Shown here: positions 17,775 to 26,964 of the stretch, in pieces
How positions within the stretch are numbered: the stretch's first letter is position 1
Layout: each line of letters begins with the position of its first letter
The notes under the pieces: generated by a model
Databases searched by the model: none
Seen by the model: the letters and a program-made list of their open reading frames with translations, nothing else
Told to the model about the DNA's origin: nothing
Made by a program: the position numbers and the translations under genes
Source of the DNA: a virus
Lineage: Duplodnaviria > Caudoviricetes
DNA: 61,883 nt
Reading direction: 5' to 3' (one strand)
Virus record (IMG/VR): IMGVR_UViG_3300044726_000045
Coordinates: 1 to 61,883 of that record

Positions 17775-19102
17775 CGGATCACCGCGAATACCTTCGGGCC
17801 ACTCTCTTTGAACGGCGCATCATCAGGCCCCTTCGGGTAGGCATCCACCCAGATGAGCTTCCGATCACTCCGTCCCGGCCCACAGGGCTGGAGCTTCGCA
17901 TGGCCCTTCACAATGAACCGCACCTTCAGCTTCCGTCCTGTGCCAGCCTCTAACGGCTCTACAGCGGTCGCCTGCGTCTTCCTGAGTGCAATGACACGCA
18001 CCGTGGGCTTGAGGTTGAATTCCTTCTCAAACCGCTTCCGCGCATGCCGCTCGATATGGCCAGCTTCCTGCGTCAGCTTCGGCTCAATCTTCTTCTTCGT
18101 CCCCGGCACGGTCTGCCTGAACCACAGGCAGGACATCATGAAGAACAAGCTCAGTTCCCACACCACATTCATGGTGACACGTTCACCAACTGCCCATGGG
18201 TTACCGGCTAACTTCCCCTTGCCGGTGTAGGTATCTCGATACAACTGTCCGCTCATGGCCATCATCTCTTTGATGGAAAATTTCACCGGCCACGACCACT
18301 TCGTAGATGGTAGGATTCTCCCCTTCATCACCTTCTGGTCCACGACATACGCCGAGAACTGTAAGGCAGGCTCCTTACGATCTGTGTGCCATGACCACAG
18401 CAATGCCGCCGTGGTTCCTGCGGACACCGGACTCGACGCGACCGGATATGGCTCCGCAAACCAAAACCACCCGGCTCGGGCTGTGGGAATCTCTACGGAA
18501 GAAAGTGGCGAGTCATGGGGGATCGACTTCGCACCCTCCATGATGGCGTGCATGGTATCGGCGTTGAATGAAAAGACCTCGGACACCCGCAGGGCATTCA
18601 AGTCTTCCTGCAAATCCATGTAGTCTACTTGGCGCATTTCCAAATCTTCAGGCGATAGCTGCTGAATCACCTTCAGCGACTGGATCGCTTCCACTTTCTG
18701 GTCCAGTGCAATCTGCCAGTGAGGAAGTTTTCCAAACGCATTATCTCGGAACGCACTCAGCGGCACGTCAGCCGAAATGATCTGACCTTCGTTGTGTTTG
18801 CCTTGCACGTCCCAGAACGTGATCAGCTTCTCGGCCAGCGCCACGTCTTCCGGACTCTGGTAGGGATTAAACTCAGGACCGCTCGGGGCAATGAAACACG
18901 ACGGCTCACCGTTCGGCGCGATGGCGAACTGCACCAGACTCTGGGCTTCCAACTCGGTGATACGCTTCGCCGCTTTCTCCTCCGGCATGTTCAGGTGGCG
19001 GAACAGCAATGGTCCCAGCGTGGGGGCGATGTTTCCATACTTCAGTAACATCGCCGCCAACGTGACCGGTTTGAATCCTACGGGTATCCGCATCATGCCC
19101 AT
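17771..19102 (-). CDS. Phage hypothetical protein
   Basis: 443 aa; own promoter and AAGGAGGAG RBS; C-terminal VKGH..Q..GPG....K.IWV..Y.KGP motif. Confidence 0.8.
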   Translation of the reverse strand: MGMMRIPVGFKPVTLAAMLLKYGNIAPTLGPLLFRHLNMPEEKAAKRITELEAQSLVQFAIAPNGEPSCFIAPSGPEFNPYQSPEDVALAEKLITFWDVQGKHNEGQIISADVPLSAFRDNAFGKLPHWQIALDQKVEAIQSLKVIQQLSPEDLEMRQVDYMDLQEDLNALRVSEVFSFNADTMHAIMEGAKSIPHDSPLSSVEIPTARAGWFWFAEPYPVASSPVSAGTTAALLWSWHTDRKEPALQFSAYVVDQKVMKGRILPSTKWSWPVKFSIKEMMAMSGQLYRDTYTGKGKLAGNPWAVGERVTMNVVWELSLFFMMSCLWFRQTVPGTKKKIEPKLTQEAGHIERHARKRFEKEFNLKPTVRVIALRKTQATAVEPLEAGTGRKLKVRFIVKGHAKLQPCGPGRSDRKLIWVDAYPKGPDDAPFKESGPKVFAVIR

Positions 19103-19125
19103 AACGCTCCTCCTTGAGCTTGCCG

Positions 19126-19154
19126 ATCATACACGCATGCAATCTGTTTGTCAA
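19126..19154 (-). promoter_or_regulatory. Sigma70-type promoter
   Basis: TTGACA-17-TATGAT. Confidence 0.75.
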
Positions 19155-19435
19155 GAGGGTTTAGCGGGTGACTGTGCTCTGGCTATCTGGAGCCGCACCC
19201 AATCTGGGACGTCTTCACATTCCTCGGGGGTAGCCGTTCGCACGGTACCATCTTCCTGCCACACACCAATTGACCAGCAATAAACGCAGGCCGTTAAGTC
19301 ACCGGGCTGAAGCATGGATTCACCGGGGAGTGGTGGGGTATTCATCACACCTGTGACGGCATCGATCTTCCGACCACAGACACCACATCGATGCTCCACC
19401 AGTCTGGCTTTGCCCACCCACACGTGCTCAGTCAT
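19151..19435 (-). CDS. Small Zn-binding hypothetical protein
   Basis: CGVC...PGD...CVYC. Confidence 0.65.
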   Translation of the reverse strand: MTEHVWVGKARLVEHRCGVCGRKIDAVTGVMNTPPLPGESMLQPGDLTACVYCWSIGVWQEDGTVRTATPEECEDVPDWVRLQIARAQSPAKPS

Positions 19436-21807
19436 GGTGACCTCTTGAACTTTTTCACCTCTCCCCAGTTCGGCCCTATCTTAGCATCGGCTGCAAACTT
19501 CAACTGTGGATTCCACCCCACCTTTTCGAAGGGTAGGTTCTCCATCTGGTCTATCTGCCGGATAACAATCTCCTCGACCAAATCCTCGGGCACGTAGTTC
19601 AGAATGGAATCATGACAGGCTCCAAAGCATGGTGCGATAGCTGCGAGTCCAGACTGATGTTCCAATGCGATGGTCCACAAGACCATATCAGTCAGGCATC
19701 CTTGCACCGGACTATTGATCGCCTGCCGTTCCGCCTTCGCGGCCACCTCACGGTTGGGTGACTTAATCAATGGCAGATGGCGAATCCTGCCAAGCGGAGT
19801 GCGGACTTGTTTGTGCTGTCTCGCCTGATCCACATACACTCGATGGTACACCAGCAACTTCGGATACTTCTTGAAGAACGTCTCTCGGAACTCGTGCGCC
19901 TCATCCCACGTCAACGTCACGCCGTAATTGGACCGGGCGTAGTTCACGAACCCATCTTCCTTCATACCAAAGACCAAACCAAAGTTACCAGCCTTGCCAA
20001 GCTGCCGGGTCTCTTCGAACGTGTGCGTGTCCGTCTGCTCCAGCGCCATCAGCGCCTCATACGTGAAGCCAGCAAATGGTGCGGCGGTGTCGGCGTGAAT
20101 GTCCTTACCCGATTTGAACACCGCAATCATGTTGTCTTCGTGCGCGATGCACGCGATGACTCGTAGTTCCCCCTGCCCGTAGTCCCGTTCCACCACCACG
20201 TAGCCCGGTGGGGCGGGGAAACAGCGCCTGATACGCTGCGCCCACTTCGTGTGCTTGGGCACCGTCTGGAAGGCCGGATCTTTACAGGACAACCGACCCG
20301 TCTTGGCCCCGCCTTCATCCTCGTCTCTATTACCCACGAACAGATAATACGTGGGATGAAATCGACCATCAGATCGGAGATGGCTCAGGAAGCCTTTGAC
20401 GTAGGTGTTGTACGTCTTCATCACGCCGCTGTCTTCTCGGATGAGGCTGATAAACTCCTTGGCCTTCGGGTCATCGGAGAACATCTCCAGATGCTCCATG
20501 GCCGTACTCGGGCGTTTGATACCGTCCTTGTCGTCCTTGGCGGTATACATCTTGGGCTTCAAGTTCAATCCCATGGGGGAGAACATGAAATCCGTGAGCA
20601 TGGCGGCTTTGGTGAGGTTCATTCCACCGGGTTTCGATGGGTCACCATGCTTCACATAGATGCGGCCACCCATGATCTTGACGGCTTCTTTCACGAGTCG
20701 TGCGTGCTCTGTCTCCAGATCGAACTTCAACTGCTCGTAAGCGTCCTTATCGATCAGGATGCCACCCTGCTCCACCTGTTCGAAGGCTCTCGATGCTGGG
20801 TGCAGAATGTTCACGTAGAAGCTGGTCAGCCTCTGGTCTCTCAGCAACTCCTTCTTCATGGCGTCAGCCACCTGAAGGTCGGCATCCACGTCGCCACCCG
20901 CATAAGGGAGTAACTGGTCTGGAGGTACTTGGTCCATCCGGCCCTTGTCCACGGTCCTATCGAACACGTCTGAATACCCGGCCAGCGATGGCACGTAAAT
21001 CTTGGTATGCACATCGAGCGCGTTGCTGCGATTCTCATCGAGCAAGCTGCCCACGATGGTGGTGTCGAACTTGAAGTTCGTGCAACTGATTGCAGCACGC
21101 TTCCACAGCCAGTGCAGGTCGTACTTGAAGTTGGCTCCCTTCATCTTCACCATGTCCGACCGCAACAGGAATTCAAGCTGCTCCCGCAAGAACGGATCTT
21201 GAAGTCGTTCTGTCTCATGCTGCCGGGACGTGAACCGGATGACCGATGCCTTCCCAGCCTCACAGGTCGCCTGTATGGTCACGATGTAGGCTCCGGGGTA
21301 GCTCAGGGTCGGTAGGGCGTAAGGGTCCAGTCCCAGCGTCTCCAAGTCCTTGGTGACGTCCACCGGCTCCCCAGACGCCTTGTAGCGGGTCTCAATAGCC
21401 TCACAGAGACCGGAGAAGTCATGGACATAGGTGTAAGCCCCATAGATCGGGGTCCACTTCCCTGTGAGACAGAATCGAATGGCGAGGGTCACATCGGTCA
21501 ACAGGTCCACGTAGTACCCGTGGTCGATATCCCCAATCTCAGGGCTGTAGGACACCAGCACCGGCACGCTGCCCAGCATCACGGGCAGAGTCCGGTAGGA
21601 CGTGGTGGTCCTATTCTTGGCGAGTAGCTTGTTCTCTTGGAGCTTCTTGAGGGAGTCTGACCCCAGCGCGAGAATGACCGTGGTGTCTGATGGAACGCTG
21701 TAGTCCGAGACGACGGTGATGGGTAACTCTTGGACGGATCGTAGGATGGGTGACAGAACCGCCAGTGTCTTGGCCGATGGTGTCTTGGTCCAGATGGTCA
21801 ACAGCAT
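19432..21807 (-). CDS. polA: Family A DNA polymerase with 3'-5' exonuclease and degenerate UDG-like N-terminus
   Basis: Exo DLET, NFKYD, YAGGD; TGRLS; motif A DYGQGELR; motif B KAGNFGLVFG; motif C HDS. Confidence 0.95.
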   Translation of the reverse strand: MLLTIWTKTPSAKTLAVLSPILRSVQELPITVVSDYSVPSDTTVILALGSDSLKKLQENKLLAKNRTTTSYRTLPVMLGSVPVLVSYSPEIGDIDHGYYVDLLTDVTLAIRFCLTGKWTPIYGAYTYVHDFSGLCEAIETRYKASGEPVDVTKDLETLGLDPYALPTLSYPGAYIVTIQATCEAGKASVIRFTSRQHETERLQDPFLREQLEFLLRSDMVKMKGANFKYDLHWLWKRAAISCTNFKFDTTIVGSLLDENRSNALDVHTKIYVPSLAGYSDVFDRTVDKGRMDQVPPDQLLPYAGGDVDADLQVADAMKKELLRDQRLTSFYVNILHPASRAFEQVEQGGILIDKDAYEQLKFDLETEHARLVKEAVKIMGGRIYVKHGDPSKPGGMNLTKAAMLTDFMFSPMGLNLKPKMYTAKDDKDGIKRPSTAMEHLEMFSDDPKAKEFISLIREDSGVMKTYNTYVKGFLSHLRSDGRFHPTYYLFVGNRDEDEGGAKTGRLSCKDPAFQTVPKHTKWAQRIRRCFPAPPGYVVVERDYGQGELRVIACIAHEDNMIAVFKSGKDIHADTAAPFAGFTYEALMALEQTDTHTFEETRQLGKAGNFGLVFGMKEDGFVNYARSNYGVTLTWDEAHEFRETFFKKYPKLLVYHRVYVDQARQHKQVRTPLGRIRHLPLIKSPNREVAAKAERQAINSPVQGCLTDMVLWTIALEHQSGLAAIAPCFGACHDSILNYVPEDLVEEIVIRQIDQMENLPFEKVGWNPQLKFAADAKIGPNWGEVKKFKRSP

Positions 21808-21934
21808 GAATGTCCTGCACAATCAGCGTCTTGCGACGTGATGCTTTGATGTATGCGTGAGCTTCTTCAGGAGTCAAGAAATTCGCCATCCGACACCACC
21901 GATGGGCAGTGTTAATCACAACCCCACCGGAAAA

Positions 21935-22345
21935 TCATTTCAACGCCTCATCATATCCCGAGTCTGACCCAAACTTGATCCGCTGCCACTCCGGGTCTCT
22001 CCAGCGGAAGACGGCCACGATAGCAGGCTTGATTTCCTGTATGCGAACCTTCACGCTGAGTGCGACGAACCCTGTCTTCTCTCCGCACTCCTTGAGCTTG
22101 GCTTCGTTCAGAACGAACAGCCAGCACTCCTTCTCCTTGATGATGGCGTAGAGACGGAGCTTCTTCATCACCGTCACCCAGAACCCAAGCTCCGTGTTCC
22201 CCAACAGGTCCGACTGCACCTCGACGGGCATATCCAGCCGCCATGGTCCCATCCGGAGTGTATGCACCTCGTTGGCCTTCAGTCCGCTGTCCACCGCGTA
22301 CAGCGTGACGCCCAGTGTATCGGCGGCAAAGTATCCAAGGTTCAT
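21935..22345 (-). CDS. Hypothetical protein
   Basis: 136 aa, coupled, GAGGAG RBS. Confidence 0.65.
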   Translation of the reverse strand: MNLGYFAADTLGVTLYAVDSGLKANEVHTLRMGPWRLDMPVEVQSDLLGNTELGFWVTVMKKLRLYAIIKEKECWLFVLNEAKLKECGEKTGFVALSVKVRIQEIKPAIVAVFRWRDPEWQRIKFGSDSGYDEALK

Positions 22346-22569
22346 GGCTTCTCCTCGCTATTCACCGTGATCGGCTGTGGGTCAGGAAACTTCGTGACGT
22401 CTTCCTCTTCGGCTTCAACCTTCTCCACCCGAGCCGCCAGCACCATGCACGCCCAGAACCGATCCCACACCGGTTTCAGTTCTGCCGCCGTCTTGTCCGG
22501 AAAGGTTTTCCGGAACGCCGACTTCAAGTCACGGGCCGTCACGGTCACCATCGTCACCTTTTGCTTCAT
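22342..22569 (-). CDS. Hypothetical protein
   Basis: Start moved to MKQKV (ATGA overlap). Confidence 0.6.
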   Translation of the reverse strand: MKQKVTMVTVTARDLKSAFRKTFPDKTAAELKPVWDRFWACMVLAARVEKVEAEEEDVTKFPDPQPITVNSEEKP

Positions 22570-22871
22570 GACAACTCCAATGTAATGGTCTCTGGCAACT
22601 CGACAATCTTCATGTGGAACAGGGGCTGGCCGAGAAACGTGGCATCGAACTCCCATTCCTTCTCAGCCACCGACACACAGATCCAATCAATGTCCACGTC
22701 GATGGCCGGGAACAGCACGCTGCACCGGATATCCCCCACCTTGACCGAGCGAAGAAGCTCCAGTTCCGTCTTGGCCGCTGGAGCATCCCGCCGCATCATG
22801 TCTCGGGCGATGGCGGTCACGACTTGCCGCCAATCACCAAGTCCGCGCCGTTCACGACCACCGCCTTCCAC
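22566..22871 (-). CDS. Hypothetical protein (true start probably near 22820)
   Basis: Coupled ORF. Confidence 0.55.
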   Translation of the reverse strand: MEGGGRERRGLGDWRQVVTAIARDMMRRDAPAAKTELELLRSVKVGDIRCSVLFPAIDVDIDWICVSVAEKEWEFDATFLGQPLFHMKIVELPETITLELS

Positions 22872-23860
22872 GCGATGCCCGTGCCCATCAGGAAGGCCCC
22901 GATGACTCGCGGAAGCGGCACGTCACCCGCGTCGAAGTGGTAGCTGCCGTATTTATGGCTTGGCTTCATCTGGACGCCTGACTCTTCCAGCTTCTTCAGT
23001 TCTGCGGTCGGATTGTCGGTCCACTCGGCACGAATCGAGATCCCACCGGTCTCATACAACCGGGCGGCAACCTTCACGTGCTCCGTCAGCGCCACGCAGT
23101 AATACACGCTGCCACTGCTCGTGCCATGGACCTTCTGGCCCAACGCCTTCGCGTCCTTCAGGCTGATCACCGCGTCCACCGGCTTCGCCGCGAACGCCTG
23201 CGCCAACCCCTGCACCGATGCCGTCGCTGATGCCATCTTACCGGTCAGGTCGGCAATCACCTCAGCCGAAGGAGCGCCCGAAGGAACTAGCAAAACCTTC
23301 CCATAGGCCGCTTCCAACTTCAACTTGACGTTGAATGCTTCCGTCGCCAGCGGATACGTCTTCAGATACTGCGGTGTCCCTGCGAGAGCCGCCTGCGCCG
23401 TTTGCTTGGCGAGAAGCAGACTCGCACCCGTCACCGTCTGAATCGCTTTGATGAGCATCAGCAGATGATCTTTGTCGCCCCCCGTCAGCACGACGGTCGT
23501 CAGTTCGCCTGCCGGTGTTTTCGGTAGCCCACCACCGAGGGCCTGTGCCAGTTTGGGCGTCATCGCAGCCACCGACACGTCGATGGTCTGGTAGAGCTTC
23601 GACACCCAATCCGAGATCAACGTGCGATTCTGTTCGGCCACCGCGAAGTCCACCGTATGCTTCATCAGCGCCGTGGTCCCCTTCGTCAGCGACACCGAGT
23701 ACTGGGCGTCCTTGTACTTGGCCTTGAGACTCAGCATATGGGTTTCGAACGTGACGCCTGCGGCAACCAGCGCCTTGACCTTGGCAGTCACGTCGTGCCC
23801 CGGCCCGAAGACTTTTGCAAAGAACATCAATTGAGCTTCCTGATTCAGAATAAGAGCCAT
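22817..23860 (-). CDS. Protein with an internal ribosomal bL12 C-terminal-like domain
   Basis: VVLTGG...LIKAIQTVTGASLLLAKQ...P..LK...EA...K.KLEAA.GKV resembles the bL12 CTD. Confidence 0.7.
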   Translation of the reverse strand: MALILNQEAQLMFFAKVFGPGHDVTAKVKALVAAGVTFETHMLSLKAKYKDAQYSVSLTKGTTALMKHTVDFAVAEQNRTLISDWVSKLYQTIDVSVAAMTPKLAQALGGGLPKTPAGELTTVVLTGGDKDHLLMLIKAIQTVTGASLLLAKQTAQAALAGTPQYLKTYPLATEAFNVKLKLEAAYGKVLLVPSGAPSAEVIADLTGKMASATASVQGLAQAFAAKPVDAVISLKDAKALGQKVHGTSSGSVYYCVALTEHVKVAARLYETGGISIRAEWTDNPTAELKKLEESGVQMKPSHKYGSYHFDAGDVPLPRVIGAFLMGTGIAWKAVVVNGADLVIGGKS

Positions 23861-23902
23861 GTTTTTCTACCCCACTCCCTTGGGCACAATGTTACGGTCT
23901 AC

Positions 23903-23931
23903 AGTCTACCAAAGACCCCCGGATTTGTCAA
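23903..23931 (-). promoter_or_regulatory. Sigma70-type promoter
   Basis: TTGACA-17-TAGACT with TG extension. Confidence 0.75.
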
Positions 23932-24633
23932 TTACCGCTTTTTGGCCTTCCACAAGCTCCGAGCCGAAGGCATCGGGCTGAACTGCTTGGTCTTCGCCGT
24001 CACCCCTTCGGGTGGAATCTGCTTCACCTTGGACTCAGGCAACTGCTGGTACTGAGTCGAGGACGATGCCGGTCCCAGTGAATGCCACTTGCCATTCCCA
24101 TTGCCGCCGCTCTTCGTCCCGGTCACCTCAGTCACGCCGTAGTGCTTCATCAAGAACTGCACTTGAGCCTTGGACTCCACCGCCTTCTTGCAGTAGTGCT
24201 TCCGGACCCACTGGATCGCGTCCTTCTTCCCCGTCAGTTCCGCCACGATGGCTGAGATCACGATCCCCGTGCGACCATGACCACCCACGCATCCGACATG
24301 CACCGTCTTGCCGTCCTGCAATTGAGTGCAGAGCCACGTCACCATCTTCTTGAACCGTGACGTGTTCACCGGGGCATTCATGTCCTGAATGCTGTAGTGG
24401 ATCTCCACCACCCCGTTCGGCTCCCATGGGTCCGACGACTTGCCGCTGGTGCTGCCGCTCTGCAATGACACATACACGTCGGCCTTCTTGATGGCTGGAT
24501 AGCTTGCACTCCCACCCACCAGCGTCCCCTTGCCCAGCTTCAGGGCTGGGTGCGACTCGTAGCACCGGATCGGCATCTCGGTGCCGCTGAAAGCGTCCTT
24601 GCTACTCTTACTGAACGTGTCCCACAGGGCCAT
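23932..24633 (-). CDS. Cys-dependent dual-specificity/tyrosine phosphatase
   Basis: IQDM acid loop, VHVGCVGGHGRTG (Cx5R), AVES..Q. Confidence 0.9.
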   Translation of the reverse strand: MALWDTFSKSSKDAFSGTEMPIRCYESHPALKLGKGTLVGGSASYPAIKKADVYVSLQSGSTSGKSSDPWEPNGVVEIHYSIQDMNAPVNTSRFKKMVTWLCTQLQDGKTVHVGCVGGHGRTGIVISAIVAELTGKKDAIQWVRKHYCKKAVESKAQVQFLMKHYGVTEVTGTKSGGNGNGKWHSLGPASSSTQYQQLPESKVKQIPPEGVTAKTKQFSPMPSARSLWKAKKR

Positions 24634-24634
24634 C

Positions 24635-25726
24635 TTAGTTCTCCACTCTGACTACGACATTCACGACTTGGCCCGGAAACACCTGAAACGTGCCTGTCAC
24701 CTTGACCTTCTTACCACCCAGCGTCGTCATCACCGATGGTGTTGCCTTCGATGGTGTCGCCGTCACCGACGACGTCTTCATCTTCGGCTGCTTCTGTGCA
24801 GCAGTCTGCTTGTGATACTTGTTCGGGTTGCCAGCCTTGTCAGCCGCTGGACGCATCTCGTCAACCAGCTTCCAGTCCACGTATCCCTTGATCTCGTGGG
24901 GCTTGTGCTGCTTGAGCAGATTCACCGCGTTGATGGCTTCCGGCGTCTTGTGAACGCCCATCGCATTCGACTCCAGCATCAGGTCAGGCAACTGGCCGCT
25001 CCGCTGCACGTCGAGAATGGTCATGAAGTGATTGTCGTACATCGTGTACATCATGCCCTTGTTGAAGATGGGTCCATTGTTATGCGCCAATGTGTAGGCC
25101 GTATCGACCATCATCTCCATCGAGGACACGCCGGTCAGATACGCCACCACCGCATCGGCCACCTGACCCCATGGGCCACCACCGTAACCACCAGACCACG
25201 AGCCATGATGATAGGCGTAAGACAACGCCTTCGCGTAATGCCCCACCGGCAACTCGGGTGGCTCCTTCATGTAGGTATCCACCGCCACGGTCTCGTTCCC
25301 GTTGCTGCTGATCTTCTTCAGGTAATCCACCGCCTTCGCGCCGTACTCCAGCTTGATCTTCGACCAGACCGGTGCTGGCGTCGAACCCGTCTTCAGGTGA
25401 CGCATCTCGCGGGTCGTGATGGACAGAATGTAGTGCAGCATCCGTTCGCCCTGCTTCATGCAGACGTCCGTGTAGGTCGCCATGATTTCCTGCGCCCACG
25501 CTGGCATCGGTTCGTTCTCGGTGAACGACTTCCGGACAACACTCGCGCAATGGTTCAGCGTGTAGAACGTCACCGCGTCATCATTGGGGCTGGTCTGTCC
25601 GCAGTTCTTGCGGTATTCCAGCGTCGATTTGCTGAACACTTCGGTCGGCAGATCCGCCAAGTCATGCAGGTGCGTCTGCGGGGCTGCGTTCCAGTGCGCC
25701 AGTGTGTTCTTCGGGAAAAACTTCAT
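24635..25726 (-). CDS. Hypothetical protein between the two phosphatases
   Basis: 363 aa; motif-like REMRH, GYGGGPW..VA, D....AHNNG..FNK; AAGGAG RBS. Confidence 0.85.
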   Translation of the reverse strand: MKFFPKNTLAHWNAAPQTHLHDLADLPTEVFSKSTLEYRKNCGQTSPNDDAVTFYTLNHCASVVRKSFTENEPMPAWAQEIMATYTDVCMKQGERMLHYILSITTREMRHLKTGSTPAPVWSKIKLEYGAKAVDYLKKISSNGNETVAVDTYMKEPPELPVGHYAKALSYAYHHGSWSGGYGGGPWGQVADAVVAYLTGVSSMEMMVDTAYTLAHNNGPIFNKGMMYTMYDNHFMTILDVQRSGQLPDLMLESNAMGVHKTPEAINAVNLLKQHKPHEIKGYVDWKLVDEMRPAADKAGNPNKYHKQTAAQKQPKMKTSSVTATPSKATPSVMTTLGGKKVKVTGTFQVFPGQVVNVVVRVEN

Positions 25727-25761
25727 GGTCCGCTCACTCCTTGAGAAATTCGACCTACCCT

Positions 25762-25790
25762 AGTCTGGCACAGGTCTAGACGTTTGTCAA
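25762..25790 (-). promoter_or_regulatory. Sigma70-type promoter
   Basis: TTGACA-17-CAGACT with TG extension. Confidence 0.65.
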
Positions 25791-26318
25791 ATGGGCCTGT
25801 TTGCCACCCACCCGCTCTTCAGGCTCCACTGGCAACCGGGTCAGGTTCGTCTTCCAGAACTTCAGCCACGCCCACCGCCTGACCAGCTTGATCTTCCGCC
25901 GCTGCCGGGGCGTCACCAGAAACCGCTTCACGAACTCGTACTGGTCCTTCGTCTCCACGGCATGGGCGTAATAGGTCGCCCGTACGAACTCCACCGGCTT
26001 GGCCACCCCGAACGCCTTCGCCAGTATGGCCAAGAACAGCCCCGTGCGCCCCTTGCCGCCCATGCAGCCCACGTAGATGGGTTCACCGGCCAGCATCAGG
26101 TCCAGCGCCTTATCCAGCCCCCTGTAGAGCGTCAGGCGGTCAGGCACGCTGAAGTCCTGCGTCGGGATATCGACGGCACACGCCTGCTTGATTTCCTTGG
26201 CCATCTTGACGCCCTTCATGGTCTCCGGGCAGTCCATGAACGGACCACCAGTCACCACGAAGAACTGCCGCTTCCACTTGCTACCGGGGTCTAACGGAAT
26301 TTGTAACTGGCCCAACAT
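25776..26318 (-). CDS. Cys-dependent dual-specificity/tyrosine phosphatase
   Basis: IPTQDFSVP, YVGCMGGKGRTG (Cx5R), AVET..Q. Confidence 0.9.
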   Translation of the reverse strand: MLGQLQIPLDPGSKWKRQFFVVTGGPFMDCPETMKGVKMAKEIKQACAVDIPTQDFSVPDRLTLYRGLDKALDLMLAGEPIYVGCMGGKGRTGLFLAILAKAFGVAKPVEFVRATYYAHAVETKDQYEFVKRFLVTPRQRRKIKLVRRWAWLKFWKTNLTRLPVEPEERVGGKQAHLTNV

Positions 26319-26351
26319 GACGCCTCACTCCTTGAGAAAAACTGACTCCTG

Positions 26352-26381
26352 ATCCTACACCACTACCCAGACGTTTGTCAA
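26352..26381 (-). promoter_or_regulatory. Sigma70-type promoter
   Basis: TTGACA-18-TAGGAT. Confidence 0.6.
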
Positions 26382-26701
26382 GATACCGCGTTCATCGCCG
26401 TGGCGGTCTGATCCTGCACCGCTCTCGATACCTGTCCCGACCAGCCGCACTGACGGCATCCTTCACCGTCACACGCCTCGTGCTCTTCCAGCATGCGATC
26501 CTGACCTCGACCAATCTCCATCAGTTCCACACGCTGCATGTCGAGCAACACATCACCCTTCCGCACGAAGAGCCACTGAAAGTACCGCAAGTTGCATCCA
26601 CGCAGGGACGTAAATGCAGCGGCTCTCAGCATCATCAACAGTTCATCAGGCGAAATCTTTTCCGCCTGCACGACCTTCAGAACTTTCGTGCTGATCCTCA
26701 T
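26378..26701 (-). CDS. Hypothetical protein with a C-terminal Zn-finger-like motif
   Basis: HEACDGEGCRQCGWSG. Confidence 0.7.
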   Translation of the reverse strand: MRISTKVLKVVQAEKISPDELLMMLRAAAFTSLRGCNLRYFQWLFVRKGDVLLDMQRVELMEIGRGQDRMLEEHEACDGEGCRQCGWSGQVSRAVQDQTATAMNAVS

Positions 26702-26964
26702 CGTCGCTCACCTTTCGTTGCCTCTTCCACACGAGAAATTCGAATCGACTTGTCCGCATGGAACGCCAACCGGTTGCCGCCAATTCCAGACTGCACACGG
26801 ACACCCGGCAGAATCTCCGTCGCCTGCCCTTCACTGATGACGATCTCATCTCCACGATCCACCGTCACCACCACGACGTTCGGGTAGACCAGTGCTTTCA
26901 CTTGCACCATGTGTCCACCCACCAGAATCTTGCTGCCGACACTCACGCCAATACTCAGGGCCAT
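26698..26964 (-). CDS. CsrA/RsmA-like RNA-binding protein with insertion
   Basis: N-terminal L.....GSKILVG and C-terminal RLAFHADKSIRISRVE resemble the two ends of CsrA. Confidence 0.55.
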   Translation of the reverse strand: MALSIGVSVGSKILVGGHMVQVKALVYPNVVVVTVDRGDEIVISEGQATEILPGVRVQSGIGGNRLAFHADKSIRISRVEEATKGERR

